Source: Sphingomonas sp.
GTDB lineage: Bacteria > Pseudomonadota > Alphaproteobacteria > Sphingomonadales > Sphingomonadaceae
Reading direction: 5' to 3'
Assembly (NCBI GenBank): GCA_965217805.1
Contig: CBDCJJ010000006.1
Location: forward strand, 269,806-333,805
DNA length: 64,000 bases
Translations under genes and position numbers: made by a program
Part shown: positions 36,642 to 46,590 of the stretch, one piece after another
Layout of the letters: each line of letters starts with the position of its first letter
Position numbering within the stretch: the stretch's first letter is position 1
The notes under the pieces: model-generated
Seen by the model: only the letters and a program-made list of their open reading frames with translations
Databases searched by the model: none
What the model was told of the DNA's origin: nothing

Positions 36642-38573
36642 TCAGGCCGATGCTGCCGCACGTTCGTCGATGGCGAAGTCCGACAATCGTGGTTCGTGCG
36701 TCATGTCCCAATAGTCGACGAGGCGGAACGGCATCACCGAGACGACCCGACCCTTACTGTTCTTATAATAGGTCGACACGTCGGGATGGGTCCAGATCAG
36801 TTGCTCGTGTTCGCGGTCGACATGCTCGACGAACTGCTCGAACGGCTCAGGCTTGATGTCGACCGCCGCGACGCCGTTCTCGACCATTTGGACCAGGAGG
36901 CCGGAGATGTAGCGTGCCTGACTCTCGGCCTGGAAGATAGCGCTGCCGCCGTGACCCAGCCCCGTATTGGGACCTCCCATCATGAAGAAATTTGGGAATC
37001 CGGGCACCGCAATGCCAAGATAGGCTCGTGGATTCTCGTCCGCCCAGACCTCGGTGAGGTTCACCCCGCCGCGACCGTGAACGTTCAAGCGCGAGGCCAT
37101 CGTGGTCACATCAAATCCGGTTGCGTAGACGATGATATCTGCCGGCCGCTCCGCTCCATCTTCGGCGCGGACACCTGTCGGGGTGATCGCGACGACACGA
37201 TCAGTAATTAACTCCGTCTGGGGTCTGACCAACGCCCGGTACCATCCGTTGTCGAGGAGGATGCGCTTGCCGAACGGCGGATAGGACGGCGTGCACGCGG
37301 CGATCAGCTCGGGACGCGCGGCGAGTTCGCTGTGGATGTGCGCGAGCATTTCGACGCGATGACGGTCGTTGCGCTCGTTAAGCGATCGCGCGGGATGAGG
37401 CCATGACGGATCCTTCCGCAGGAGCGGCAGCAAGCCGTCGCCGTAACGCCACCACATGGTAAAGCGGAACCAAGCCGCATAGAGCGGAAAATGATCCAGC
37501 AGCCACTGCGCAGGACCCATGTTCTCCTGGTAGCGTGGGATCGGGCGAACCCATTGCGCCGTTCGCTGGTACACGGTGACTTTGCCGACGCGGTCGATGA
37601 TGGTGGGCACGATTTGCATAGCCGAGGCGCCGGTGCCGATGATCGCGACATTCTTGCCGGCGACGTCGAGACCCGCAGGCCAGCGGGCCGAGTGGAACGC
37701 GGGCCCCTTGAACGTGTCGGCGCCCGGGATAAGCGGCACGGCAGGCACGCCAAACTGACCGATCGCGCTGATCAGAACCCCTGCTATGATTTCCTCGACG
37801 CCTTGCGGTCCGTTGAGCGTGACGACCCAATGCTTGGCAGTCTCATCCCAATGGGCGCTCTCGACATTGGTGTTGAAGCGGATGTTGGGTCGGACGCCAA
37901 AGCCCTCGGCCGACTGGCGCAGGTAATCATGTATCTCGTCACGCGTCGAGAAAAAGCGGCTCCAGGAATAGGGTTTGCCGAAGGAGTAGGAATAGGAGTG
38001 ATTGGGGGTGTCGACCCCGGCCCCTGGATATTGATTTTCGAGCCAGACACCGCCCACGTCAGGATGCCGCTCGACGATCGTGTAAGGCAGATTGAGCCGC
38101 TCAAGCCTGGCGCCAAGCGCAATGCCGCTGACGCCTGCGCCGACGATCAAGACGGGCTCGATCGCTTCGGCCGGGCGAGCTCGCCACGCGACATCTCGCG
38201 AAACGAAGCCAAGTTCCTCGCGCATCAGCGGCGCATATTCCGCCGCGACGTCTTCTCCCAGGCACAGATCCATCATCCGCTTCATCAGCGCATTACCGGG
38301 ATCTCTGATCGCCGGCTCGCCTTGGACTTCTGACAGGATGCGGTGAGCGGCCTGCCGGATTTCGCGCTGCTCGGCGCGGGAGAGCCCCGCATCCTCGTCC
38401 GCGATCAGCTTGACGTCGCGCTTGGGCCGATAGGACAGCCAGCGCTCGTCGCCAGTCATCTGAAAGAGCACCATGATCAGGACGCGCAGGTCGGCGCCGG
38501 CAATTGCCGACTTCAACTCGCTCGAACGATCCACTTCACCACTGGGAATAGGCTCGGGAGCCAAGCTTGCCAT
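36642..38573 (-). CDS. Type I Baeyer-Villiger (flavin-containing) monooxygenase with N-terminal extension
   Basis: GAGVSGIALG (FAD), BVMO fingerprint FKGPAFHSARWP, GTGASAMQ (NADP). 643 aa. Confidence 0.85.
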   Translation of the reverse strand: MASLAPEPIPSGEVDRSSELKSAIAGADLRVLIMVLFQMTGDERWLSYRPKRDVKLIADEDAGLSRAEQREIRQAAHRILSEVQGEPAIRDPGNALMKRMMDLCLGEDVAAEYAPLMREELGFVSRDVAWRARPAEAIEPVLIVGAGVSGIALGARLERLNLPYTIVERHPDVGGVWLENQYPGAGVDTPNHSYSYSFGKPYSWSRFFSTRDEIHDYLRQSAEGFGVRPNIRFNTNVESAHWDETAKHWVVTLNGPQGVEEIIAGVLISAIGQFGVPAVPLIPGADTFKGPAFHSARWPAGLDVAGKNVAIIGTGASAMQIVPTIIDRVGKVTVYQRTAQWVRPIPRYQENMGPAQWLLDHFPLYAAWFRFTMWWRYGDGLLPLLRKDPSWPHPARSLNERNDRHRVEMLAHIHSELAARPELIAACTPSYPPFGKRILLDNGWYRALVRPQTELITDRVVAITPTGVRAEDGAERPADIIVYATGFDVTTMASRLNVHGRGGVNLTEVWADENPRAYLGIAVPGFPNFFMMGGPNTGLGHGGSAIFQAESQARYISGLLVQMVENGVAAVDIKPEPFEQFVEHVDREHEQLIWTHPDVSTYYKNSKGRVVSVMPFRLVDYWDMTHEPRLSDFAIDERAAASA

Positions 38574-38753
38574 TCTAACACCTTGATCGATTCCATGATC
38601 GCTCAGCTATCCCACAATCGGGCGACACGAACAACATCAATGATGCGTGGCTCACGAGCCATCTTTCGCTACTGCACCGCGTTTGAGGGTTCTTCGTGCA
38701 GCGAAAAGGAGGTACCTTGAGGCGCTTAATTCAGGACGAGAGCAGAGGAATAT

Positions 38754-38775
38754 CCCCGGCACGTCAGTGCCGGGG
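38754..38775. terminator. GC-rich hairpin downstream of the MBL hydrolase gene (possible terminator, no clear U-tract)
   Basis: CCCCGGCAC-GTCA-GTGCCGGGG lies 14 nt beyond the stop at 38789-38791. Confidence 0.3.
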
Positions 38776-38788
38776 AGACGCGAGAGCC

Positions 38789-39787
38789 CTAGTTGGCGGA
38801 GGCCGGGAAAGCAGGAAGCATGTTGAAGGCACGCTGGTCGTGCGCGGGAATGGCGCGAAGCTGCGGATATCGAGCGGTTGCAGCTCTGATCAGCGCGATA
38901 TCCTCGTGAATCACCTTGTTGTTCTCGCCGATGAGCGAGCGCAGCATCCAAGGCTTTTCCGCGGGGATTTGAAGCCCTTCATCCTGAAACACCATGTCGC
39001 CGATCAGCGCGTACCGTTTGCCGGAAGGGAGTGCCACGAACACCGCTACCGAGTCAGGGGTGTGACCCGGCGCCGGCACGATTACGACCGAACCGTCGCC
39101 CCAAACGTCGTGGCTGCGCGGGAAGCCAAGATACGGACCGCCATCAAATTTGTAGGACTTGTAGTTGACCGACCGAAGGCTGTTGATCACCTCGGCACCC
39201 TTCGCCTTGCTGCGAATGAACGCCTGCCCCGCGGCACTCTCGAGCACCGGCACACCCTTTAAATCGTCGACGCCGCTTATATGATCCCAGTGAGCGTGGG
39301 TCGGAATGATTGCCGCAATATCGCTCGATTTCAGGCCGTGGGCAGCCAATTGCTGTGCAACCGTTGCTCCCTTATGGTGCGTCGATCGCTGCATGGATGG
39401 TAGCAGCGTCATCTGCTCGTCGACGTTCGCGCCGAAACCGGAGTCGATCAGGATATCGCCCTTGGGATGATGCACGAGCACCGCGGTTGTTGCCAAATGA
39501 CGCGTATCTCCCCAAGCGCCGCCGCGGTACGTGAGCGCGGCCGGGCTGTCATAAGATCCCGTGGGGAGCTGACTGATCGTCATGCCGGGCGGCGGCGATG
39601 CCGGCGGCAAGGGGCCGACGCTTACTTGTGGAAGTGCTAGGCTTCGAGGCGTGAAGGTCAGCATGAGGGCAGCCAAGCCGACCACGATGACAAGCGCCAA
39701 TCCGCCTAGGATTTGCAGAATGACGCGCCTGCGTCCTTTTCCGCCGGGGGTCCGCGTTGCGCCAGCACTGTCTGCCATAATAGCCAC
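38789..39787 (-). CDS. MBL-fold metallo-hydrolase (lactonase-like) with N-terminal membrane anchor/signal
   Basis: THAHWDH motif and N-terminal hydrophobic segment ILQILGGLALVIVVGLAALML. Confidence 0.8.
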   Translation of the reverse strand: MAIMADSAGATRTPGGKGRRRVILQILGGLALVIVVGLAALMLTFTPRSLALPQVSVGPLPPASPPPGMTISQLPTGSYDSPAALTYRGGAWGDTRHLATTAVLVHHPKGDILIDSGFGANVDEQMTLLPSMQRSTHHKGATVAQQLAAHGLKSSDIAAIIPTHAHWDHISGVDDLKGVPVLESAAGQAFIRSKAKGAEVINSLRSVNYKSYKFDGGPYLGFPRSHDVWGDGSVVIVPAPGHTPDSVAVFVALPSGKRYALIGDMVFQDEGLQIPAEKPWMLRSLIGENNKVIHEDIALIRAATARYPQLRAIPAHDQRAFNMLPAFPASAN

Positions 39788-39904
39788 CCTTTAATCGCTG
39801 CGTGTCAAAGCGCAGGTGGCATTGCCGGGTCTCGCCTGACGACGTCGGCCAGACCGCTCGATCTCGCGACGAAGACAGCCCATATGGCGTTTGACCTGCG
39901 CTTG

Positions 39905-39922
39905 CGATAATACAGACCATCG
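39905..39922. promoter_or_regulatory. Imperfect TetR-type operator (CGATAA-N6-CCATCG)
   Basis: Lies 27 bp upstream of the stronger site, in the divergent MBL/TetR intergenic region. Confidence 0.35.
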
Positions 39923-39931
39923 CAGGTGTAG

Positions 39932-39949
39932 CGATAATGCCCATTATCG
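39932..39949. promoter_or_regulatory. TetR-type operator (CGATAA-N6-TTATCG)
   Basis: CGATAATGCCCATTATCG has 7-bp perfect arms. It overlaps the first ATG of the TetR ORF; an alternative ATG is at 39967. Confidence 0.55.
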
Positions 39950-40620
39950 TTCGGAGTCAAGACAGAATGAAGGATTGGCCAGCTGACCACCCCAAAGCGC
40001 GCTTGATGGCGAGCAAACAAGCCGCCATATTGGAAGCTGCCCGAGACGCGTTCCTTTGCCACGGCTATGACGGTGTCAGCATGGAAACGATCGCCGACTT
40101 AGCGGGCGTCTCGGTGATGACGCTTTATCGCCATGCGCAGGGCAAGGACAATCTCTTCGCAGCGGTCGTAGCCGCGGTCTGCCATCCCGCCGACCCAGTC
40201 GAACAGGCCCGGATCGAGGAGTCGCTGCTGAAACCGCTGGGCGAGATCCTGGAGTTCGTGGCGGTCATGTTCCAGGAGCGGATCAAAAATCCGACCACCA
40301 CATCTTTGTTCAGGGTCGTGATGGTCGAGACAAGCCGGCATCCACATCTGGCGCAAATGGCGTTCGAGGGGCTGATCGGCGCTCACCAAGATGCGCTTGA
40401 TGCGTTCCTAGCGGACCGTGCCGAGACCGCATCTATAGAGGTCGAGCGCCGGCGTGAACTCGTACTCGCGTTTCTCGACCGACTTGTTGGGCTTGATAGT
40501 TACAGGGTTCTGCTCGGTTTAAGCGGTATCTCAGAAACGGAACGGTTGCAGCGAGCGCGATCGGCGACCGCCGAACTGCTCCTCGAGCTTGATCAGCAAG
40601 CGTGCACGAGGCGCGACTGA
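39937..40620 (+). CDS. TetR/AcrR-family transcriptional regulator
   Basis: ...AILEAARDAFLCHGYDGVSMETIADLAGVSVMTLYRHAQGKDNLF.... The start may be 39967. Confidence 0.85.
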   Translation: MPIIVRSQDRMKDWPADHPKARLMASKQAAILEAARDAFLCHGYDGVSMETIADLAGVSVMTLYRHAQGKDNLFAAVVAAVCHPADPVEQARIEESLLKPLGEILEFVAVMFQERIKNPTTTSLFRVVMVETSRHPHLAQMAFEGLIGAHQDALDAFLADRAETASIEVERRRELVLAFLDRLVGLDSYRVLLGLSGISETERLQRARSATAELLLELDQQACTRRD

Positions 40621-40649
40621 TCTCCGGCTTGTCGGCGCTGATACACAGC

Positions 40650-41717
40650 TTACGCGGTCGTGCTGAGCCTCGGCAGAAGGCGGAGCGCGTTGCCTCGCTC
40701 GATTGCGCGGCGCTCGGCAGGAGAAAGCCGCAGGTGCTCGAAATGCGCGAGGTTGAGCGCCATGTCATTCCCGATCGGCGAATCGGTGCCGAGCAGAATT
40801 TGTGATGTCGGAACATACGAGCGCAACAGGTCCATTGTTGCCTTGTCAGCTGAACTGGAAATCTCGAAAAACAACTTTGCGATTTGGGCAGCGAGATCGC
40901 TGGGCAATTTGAAATCAGGCTGCGTCTGAACGAGTACCTGCAAGCGACCAAGACCCGCAAGGAGCAAGCCGCCCGAATGCGAAAAGATCATGCGCAGATC
41001 GGGATAGGTGCTGGGCGACCGCGTGGTGATCCAATGTAAAATTACCCGGCTGGTGTCGATCGGATACTCAAGCAGCACCGCAGGCATTCCGGCGAGCAGC
41101 CGCTGGCAGCAGCTTGGCGCGGTGGGATGGACGTACACCACAGCCTTTCGACGGTTCAACTCCTGAAACACCGGCGCAAAGGTTGGGTCAGTGATCCACT
41201 TATCGCCGTAGCTGGTCACCAGGCCTATGCCATCCGCCTTCAGAACATCGAGCGAGTAGGCAAGCTCGATCAAGCTTCCTTCGACGTCGCGCAGCGGAAG
41301 CGCGGCGAACATCCCGAAGCGCCCAGGATAGTCGCGCACCATGGCGGCCATATAGTCGTTGCAGCTACGGGCGAGCCTCCGCGCCTGCTGGACCTCGCCA
41401 AACCAGACGCCCGGACTCGAAACCGAGCAGACGGCGGTCTCGATGCCGTTGCGGTCCATCTCGCCAAGCGCGACCTGCGGGGTCCATGCTCGCGCTCGCG
41501 CGAGGAAGGGGGGCGGTAGCCTCGGCGCGATGACATCCACCCACGCCGGCACCATAGCGTGATAGTGGACATCGATCCGCCTGCGCGACTTGCTGGCGGG
41601 AGATGCTGCGGAGGTCAGCGCGGTTGCGCCGAGTGCGGCAAGGCCGACAAGGACCTCTCGTCGCAATAAAGCCGTATCACGCACCGACTGTTCCTTAGCT
41701 GAGGTCATCGAAATCAT
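40650..41717 (-). CDS. Amidohydrolase-2 family protein with Tat-like signal peptide
   Basis: Start at 41717 (ATGA overlap with the upstream stop). MISMTSAKEQSVRDTALLRREVLVGLAALGATALTSAASPA, then IDVHYH..., FSHSGG..., LLGTDSP motifs. Confidence 0.75.
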   Translation of the reverse strand: MISMTSAKEQSVRDTALLRREVLVGLAALGATALTSAASPASKSRRRIDVHYHAMVPAWVDVIAPRLPPPFLARARAWTPQVALGEMDRNGIETAVCSVSSPGVWFGEVQQARRLARSCNDYMAAMVRDYPGRFGMFAALPLRDVEGSLIELAYSLDVLKADGIGLVTSYGDKWITDPTFAPVFQELNRRKAVVYVHPTAPSCCQRLLAGMPAVLLEYPIDTSRVILHWITTRSPSTYPDLRMIFSHSGGLLLAGLGRLQVLVQTQPDFKLPSDLAAQIAKLFFEISSSADKATMDLLRSYVPTSQILLGTDSPIGNDMALNLAHFEHLRLSPAERRAIERGNALRLLPRLSTTA

Positions 41718-42349
41718 TGCGCCAGAACCGACGGCTCGCCGTGGGCGCGATGGCTCCTGTTTCGGACTGCGGCTTGGGCGACCTGCTGGCCGACGCTCCG
41801 GAGTTGCTGGTCGAAGGCATCGACGGTGCAGTCGCCGTTTTTGAAGATACCACCCGCACAGTTGATGCCGGCGCCAAGTGGGGTCGGCCAGCCGCGCAGG
41901 GCATGCACAATTGAGCGCAGAGCCGCCAGGGTAGACCCCGTAGCCTGCCATCCATAGGCGGTCGCGATCAGACCAACCGGCAGCCCGTCGAAATACACAC
42001 GCGTGTCACGAGCCATCTCCTCGGTATAGTCGATTGCATTCTTGACCAGTCCCGAGACGCCTCCGTGATAGCCTGGACTGGAGATTATGACCCCGTCCGC
42101 CCGGCGCATCGCTGCGACGAGGCGAACCGCGGCGGGACTTACGTCCGCGCCGGGCAGCCCGTAATGCGGCAGTTCGGCCAACGCTGCGCCGCCGAACAGC
42201 TCCACCTCGGCGTGCTCGGCGTCAGCTGCGTGCATCGCAATCTCGAGCGCTTGCTCGGTCGAAGAGCCCGCCCGCACCGTACCGCCGATGCCGACGATGA
42301 ACGGCCGTCCGCCGCGATTTTGCCCGATTGTCGACACCCTTAGCGTCAT
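41714..42349 (-). CDS. NADPH-dependent FMN reductase (SsuE/MsuE-like)
   Basis: IVGIGGTVRAGSSTEQAL...ADGVIISSPGYHGGVSGLVKNAIDY. Start at 42349 (ATGA overlap with the upstream LLM gene). Confidence 0.8.
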   Translation of the reverse strand: MTLRVSTIGQNRGGRPFIVGIGGTVRAGSSTEQALEIAMHAADAEHAEVELFGGAALAELPHYGLPGADVSPAAVRLVAAMRRADGVIISSPGYHGGVSGLVKNAIDYTEEMARDTRVYFDGLPVGLIATAYGWQATGSTLAALRSIVHALRGWPTPLGAGINCAGGIFKNGDCTVDAFDQQLRSVGQQVAQAAVRNRSHRAHGEPSVLAQ

Positions 42350-43449
42350 GCCGCCAATGTCGTGCGCAGCGCGGCGTTCACAGCCGGCATGACCTTCTCG
42401 GCCATCAACTCCATCGATCGCCGGCCAAGCGCTGGGTCCGTCCAATTCTTGCCTGCATAAAGCAGCTTTCCGAAGCCGCCCGACAGCTCATTGAGTTCCA
42501 AAAGCTGATCGACCACCTTATTGACCGATCCGGTGATGACGCATTGGTCCAGTGCATAATCGAGCGTCACGTCTTCGTCGGCGACCGACTCGTCACTCTT
42601 GAACATGCGGAGCGCACGGCCCCTGCTGAACTTCTTGTGGAAGTGATGAAAGTGCTCGCGGTAGGGGCTTTGCGCATCGGTGCGGCCGTAGCGTTCGGCG
42701 ACGCTGTCATCATCGGCGACCATGATCGCGCGCACGACGCGCCACGAACTTCGATCCGCTTGCTTGCCCGCTTCCGTGCAGCCGGCAGCATAGCCCTCCC
42801 AATGCTGGCGCAGGCGGCCGCCGGGGATCGTGTCCGACGAGATCAGCGACCAGCCGCGACGACCGAACATGCCGACTCGCGACGACTTCGGATCGCCTGA
42901 CGCTGCCAATATGGGCGGGTGGGGACGCTGGAATGGCTTCACCATGTCGCCGCTGCCGAGTTCGGGCCAGTGGCTACGCGCGGTACTAATCTTCCAACGC
43001 TCACCCGCAAGATCGTAAGGACCCTGACCCCGCCACAGTGCGAGCACATGGTCGATTGCCTCTTCGAACATCGCTCCGCGGTCGGCTTCAAGTAACCCAA
43101 GAGACTCGGCATCGGCCCGCGATACGCCCGGGCCGATGCCGAACAGAAAGCGCCCCTTCAGCATGGTGTCGACCATGGCTACGTTGGCAGCGATCACCGC
43201 CGGATGGCTGAATGGCAGGTTGTGGACACCTGTCCCAAGCTTGATGTCCTTGGTCTGGCCCGCCAGCCAAGCCACAAAGGTGAGCGAATTCGGCACCGTT
43301 TCCGTAGTGTCAAAAATGTGCTCGCCGCAGTAGGCCTCGCTATAGCCGAGCGCGTCCGCCAGCACGAAGATGTCCCGGTCCTCATGCAAGGTCGCGACGT
43401 AATCGCGCTCCTTCGGGTGGACGGGTTGTGTAAAGAAGCCGAGTTCCAT
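42346..43449 (-). CDS. LLM-class flavin-dependent monooxygenase (diketocamphane/limonene monooxygenase-like, type II BVMO-like)
   Basis: MELGFFTQP...GEHIFDTTETVPNSL...LGTGVHNLPFSHP...LKGRFLFGIGPG. Paralogue of 47910..49049. Confidence 0.8.
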   Translation of the reverse strand: MELGFFTQPVHPKERDYVATLHEDRDIFVLADALGYSEAYCGEHIFDTTETVPNSLTFVAWLAGQTKDIKLGTGVHNLPFSHPAVIAANVAMVDTMLKGRFLFGIGPGVSRADAESLGLLEADRGAMFEEAIDHVLALWRGQGPYDLAGERWKISTARSHWPELGSGDMVKPFQRPHPPILAASGDPKSSRVGMFGRRGWSLISSDTIPGGRLRQHWEGYAAGCTEAGKQADRSSWRVVRAIMVADDDSVAERYGRTDAQSPYREHFHHFHKKFSRGRALRMFKSDESVADEDVTLDYALDQCVITGSVNKVVDQLLELNELSGGFGKLLYAGKNWTDPALGRRSMELMAEKVMPAVNAALRTTLAA

Positions 43450-43471
43450 CGTGATCTGCCTTGCTGCTTTG

Positions 43472-44242
43472 TTAAAGAGCCTTGATCGATCCGCCGTTCA
43501 CGATCAGGGTCTGACCAGTCATGAAGGCAGCGTCATCGGACGTCAGGAACGATAGCGCTCCCACCAAATCCGAAGGAAGCGAGGTCCGTTTGATCGCCTG
43601 CGTTTTCGCGAGCATCTCGAATATGGGTACGTCTCCCGCCTCTTGCTCGGAGCGCGGCGTGCGCGTTAATCCGGGCGCAAGGCAATTCGCCGTCACTCCC
43701 TGATCCCCGAACTCGTTCGCAATCGCTCTGGTCAGCCCCACAACCCCCCCTTTGGAGGAGAAATAGGCGTAGAACCCTGCCGCTGTGAGCCCGATCATGT
43801 CCGACCCGACGTTAACTACCCGACCGTAGCCACGCTCCGCCATGCCGGGAACCAGCGCGCGGCAGACCAGGAATATCGCATCAATGTTCGTCGCCATGAC
43901 ACGACGCCAGCTTGCGAAACTGGTTTCGGCAAGCCCTTGATGCGATGCAATTCCTGCATTGTTGACGACGATGTCGCAACGACCGAACCGTTCGTTGATG
44001 GAGCTCGCCATGGAGGAGACCAGCGCCTCATCGCTAACGTCCATCTGAATAACCAGGACATCAGGCGCTCCTTGGCCTTTCAGATCATCGACGAGCCAAT
44101 TCGTATCTTGGAGGTCGGCCACCACAATTGATGCGCCCTCAGAAGCAAGCCGCCTAGCATAGGCAAGACCAAGCCCCTGCGCAGCGCCGGTGACGAGCGC
44201 AACTTTTCCCTTTTTCGGTTGAAATGCTTGCACGGTGGTCAC
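43472..44242 (-). CDS. SDR-family oxidoreductase
   Basis: KVALVTGAAQGLGLA, NNAG, YxxxK (YFSSK). The GTG start at 44242 was chosen to avoid an 80-nt overlap with the upstream gene and remains uncertain. Confidence 0.8.
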   Translation of the reverse strand: MTTVQAFQPKKGKVALVTGAAQGLGLAYARRLASEGASIVVADLQDTNWLVDDLKGQGAPDVLVIQMDVSDEALVSSMASSINERFGRCDIVVNNAGIASHQGLAETSFASWRRVMATNIDAIFLVCRALVPGMAERGYGRVVNVGSDMIGLTAAGFYAYFSSKGGVVGLTRAIANEFGDQGVTANCLAPGLTRTPRSEQEAGDVPIFEMLAKTQAIKRTSLPSDLVGALSFLTSDDAAFMTGQTLIVNGGSIKAL

Positions 44243-44273
44243 CTCAAGTGATTGGTTCAATAGCGGCCTGGTC

Positions 44274-45320
44274 TCAGGCAATGTAACCGACCTCCCGCCA
44301 ATATTGCTCCGCAGCCGGATGGTATGGAACATTGATCGGCACGTCGGGCGCATCGGTGACCATACGCTTGAGCGGGAGGTCTTCCTGCTTGATCGGACCC
44401 CAGTTCCATGGGATGGAGTCTTTGCGGGCCTCCATGGCTTCGCAGAACTTACGGATCAGCAGCTCGGGCGCGTCGATCCGGGTAAAAATCGGCCAGCCGC
44501 TGAAATCGACGGTTTGAATGTCACGATCGAGCCAATTGTAGAATTTCTGCTCCAGCTTGGCCGGCGAGAAGCCCTGTTTGACGAGTTCGGCGAGCCGCGT
44601 GTCATCGATCTCAAGCAACCGCATGCCGACCTGTGGCAGCGCTCCGACCCAGATAATCACCCCCTCTTCAAAGATCGCCTCCAGCTCGCCGCTTGCCGCG
44701 CGGGCGAGCCGCGACTGGTGCCCACCCGGCGGCGTCTGTGGTGGCATCGGCTGGTCGTAGGAGATGGAGCCGCCCCAGGAGATGATGTCCTCATAGCAAA
44801 AGCCGTGCGCGCGAAGCACTAGCTCGACGGCCTGCGCCGTGCTCGCATCAAGTGAGCCACGCACCGAGAGGCGCAAGGGATAACGCTTCTCGCGAATGTC
44901 GTCGAGCGACGTCAGCCCGGTGTCCTCGCGTACCGCGAAGCCCAGCTGGTCATAGTGTGGCATGGTCGCGATCAGCGCGACTTCTTGTGGCTGGTCGAAC
45001 ATGCCGATGCCGCGATGCGCCATCGATAGGAGCACCGTCGGATTGAGGATCGAGATATTGAGCTCGCGCCGGAAGACCTTCCCAACGGAACTCGGATGAT
45101 TGGCACCATAGAGGCGGAATCGTCCGATCTCGTCGCCCTGGCTTCCCAGCTCGATCGTCGCCTCACGATACGGCCAGTCCCAATCGGTCATCATGTGCGA
45201 CACCGTCTCCAGCATGAGCTTCGAGCGGATGTTCAAAGGATCGATCGGACCGACGCCGGGCGGGATGATTGACGGGACTCCGCCTTCTTTCAAGGGCACG
45301 GGGGGAGCCTGATACGCCAT
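44274..45320 (-). CDS. hypothetical protein (about 348 aa), family not recognised
   Basis: ATG at 45320 (MAYQAPP...) with AAGGAA upstream. No signal peptide. Embedded in the monooxygenase operon. Confidence 0.5.
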   Translation of the reverse strand: MAYQAPPVPLKEGGVPSIIPPGVGPIDPLNIRSKLMLETVSHMMTDWDWPYREATIELGSQGDEIGRFRLYGANHPSSVGKVFRRELNISILNPTVLLSMAHRGIGMFDQPQEVALIATMPHYDQLGFAVREDTGLTSLDDIREKRYPLRLSVRGSLDASTAQAVELVLRAHGFCYEDIISWGGSISYDQPMPPQTPPGGHQSRLARAASGELEAIFEEGVIIWVGALPQVGMRLLEIDDTRLAELVKQGFSPAKLEQKFYNWLDRDIQTVDFSGWPIFTRIDAPELLIRKFCEAMEARKDSIPWNWGPIKQEDLPLKRMVTDAPDVPINVPYHPAAEQYWREVGYIA

Positions 45321-45386
45321 CTTCGTTCCTTCAGATTGTTTTTGCCACAATGCGGCTCGATCGTTCGCGGGTTGTTTACGGTCGCC

Positions 45387-46454
45387 TCAGCTTACCAGTT
45401 CCGACGCCCGAGACTGTTCGGCCTGCCCCGGCCGCTCGCTTTCGATCAGCTTGGCAAGCTTGCGACGTGCCCGCACGCCACCTTCGTCAATGCGCAACAA
45501 GAGCGGATCCATTTGCCAGAAATTGCGGTCGCCCATGACCGCTTGCTGGGCTGCGATCATCGGCTTGTCCTCGTTCGTGAACGCAGCGGTGAGTGCCGCT
45601 CCCAAACGCGCGTTGAGCGTGGCGTCCTCGATCAGGAAATTGCGGGTCTGAGCGAAGAAGTAATGGGTGGTATGTTCGGTCTCGGGGGTCATGATGTGCG
45701 CACTGATCATCTGCCCCGCGCGATCGCGCGGCGTACCGGTCGGGCCTGTCGTCGCATCGAGAGTCATGATCGACGGTGCCGACCAGTCGACGCTCATCCA
45801 GGTGTCGACCCGGTCGTCGTCGCCCATATGAAACATCGCCTTTTCAACCGGCGACGGAACCTCGTTCGAAAAATCATATTGAACGACGATGCGATCGTCG
45901 TTCTCGTCGATTTTCGCTTTGGTGCGGGTCAGAGCGCCGCTTCCGAGCGTCGCTTCGTGCAGATAATCGGCATGCGTGAGGTCCAGGATGTTATCGGTGA
46001 AAAGCTGGTAATTCCCCTCCCCGCATAGATAGCCGGTGCTGAATGCGGTATCGGGACACTCCGCCAGAAAATCGAGGCGGCGGAGAAGCGCCGGTGAAGC
46101 CGCGTCGGGATCACCCATCCAGATCCACAGGGCGCGGTAGGCTTCCAGCATCGGATAGTGACGTACTGTCATGTTGCCGAGCACCGGACCGTGGGGGTTG
46201 CGGACGCATCGACCCTCGCCGTTGAACGCCAAACCATGATAACCGCAGACCAGCGCACCCTCGACGACCTTGCCCCGGCTCAGCGGCGCAAAGCGATGCG
46301 GGCACTGGTCCCTTACCGCCCGCACCACACCTTCGGAATCGCGGAAAATTACTATTGGCTCTTCGAGGAAGATGCGTGCGAGTAGCGCACCCTCTTCGAT
46401 CTCCTCGCCCCACCCCGCCATATACCAGCAATTGCGCAAGTACGTCATCGCCAT
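45387..46454 (-). CDS. Rieske [2Fe-2S] oxygenase, VanA/phthalate-family alpha subunit
   Basis: CPHRFAPLS...CGYHG Rieske motif and a C-terminal mononuclear-iron domain. Confidence 0.85.
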   Translation of the reverse strand: MAMTYLRNCWYMAGWGEEIEEGALLARIFLEEPIVIFRDSEGVVRAVRDQCPHRFAPLSRGKVVEGALVCGYHGLAFNGEGRCVRNPHGPVLGNMTVRHYPMLEAYRALWIWMGDPDAASPALLRRLDFLAECPDTAFSTGYLCGEGNYQLFTDNILDLTHADYLHEATLGSGALTRTKAKIDENDDRIVVQYDFSNEVPSPVEKAMFHMGDDDRVDTWMSVDWSAPSIMTLDATTGPTGTPRDRAGQMISAHIMTPETEHTTHYFFAQTRNFLIEDATLNARLGAALTAAFTNEDKPMIAAQQAVMGDRNFWQMDPLLLRIDEGGVRARRKLAKLIESERPGQAEQSRASELVS

Positions 46455-46574
46455 CTCCGCTTAAGCGCACGTGATCGTGCCGCAGCAAACCCTTGCAGCG
46501 CCCGGACGCTTAGTGCCGTTTCTACCTATCGATCTACACCGGTTCACGGCTCAATCCAATAGGTAAATGATTTT

Positions 46575-46590
46575 ATGGCCCACCGTTCAT
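46575..46590 (-). promoter_or_regulatory. Recurrent 16-bp motif, copy 2 (ATGGCCCACCGTTCAT on + strand)
   Basis: Lies 121 bp upstream of the Rieske oxygenase start at 46454. It overlaps the stop codon of the ADH gene. Confidence 0.5.
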
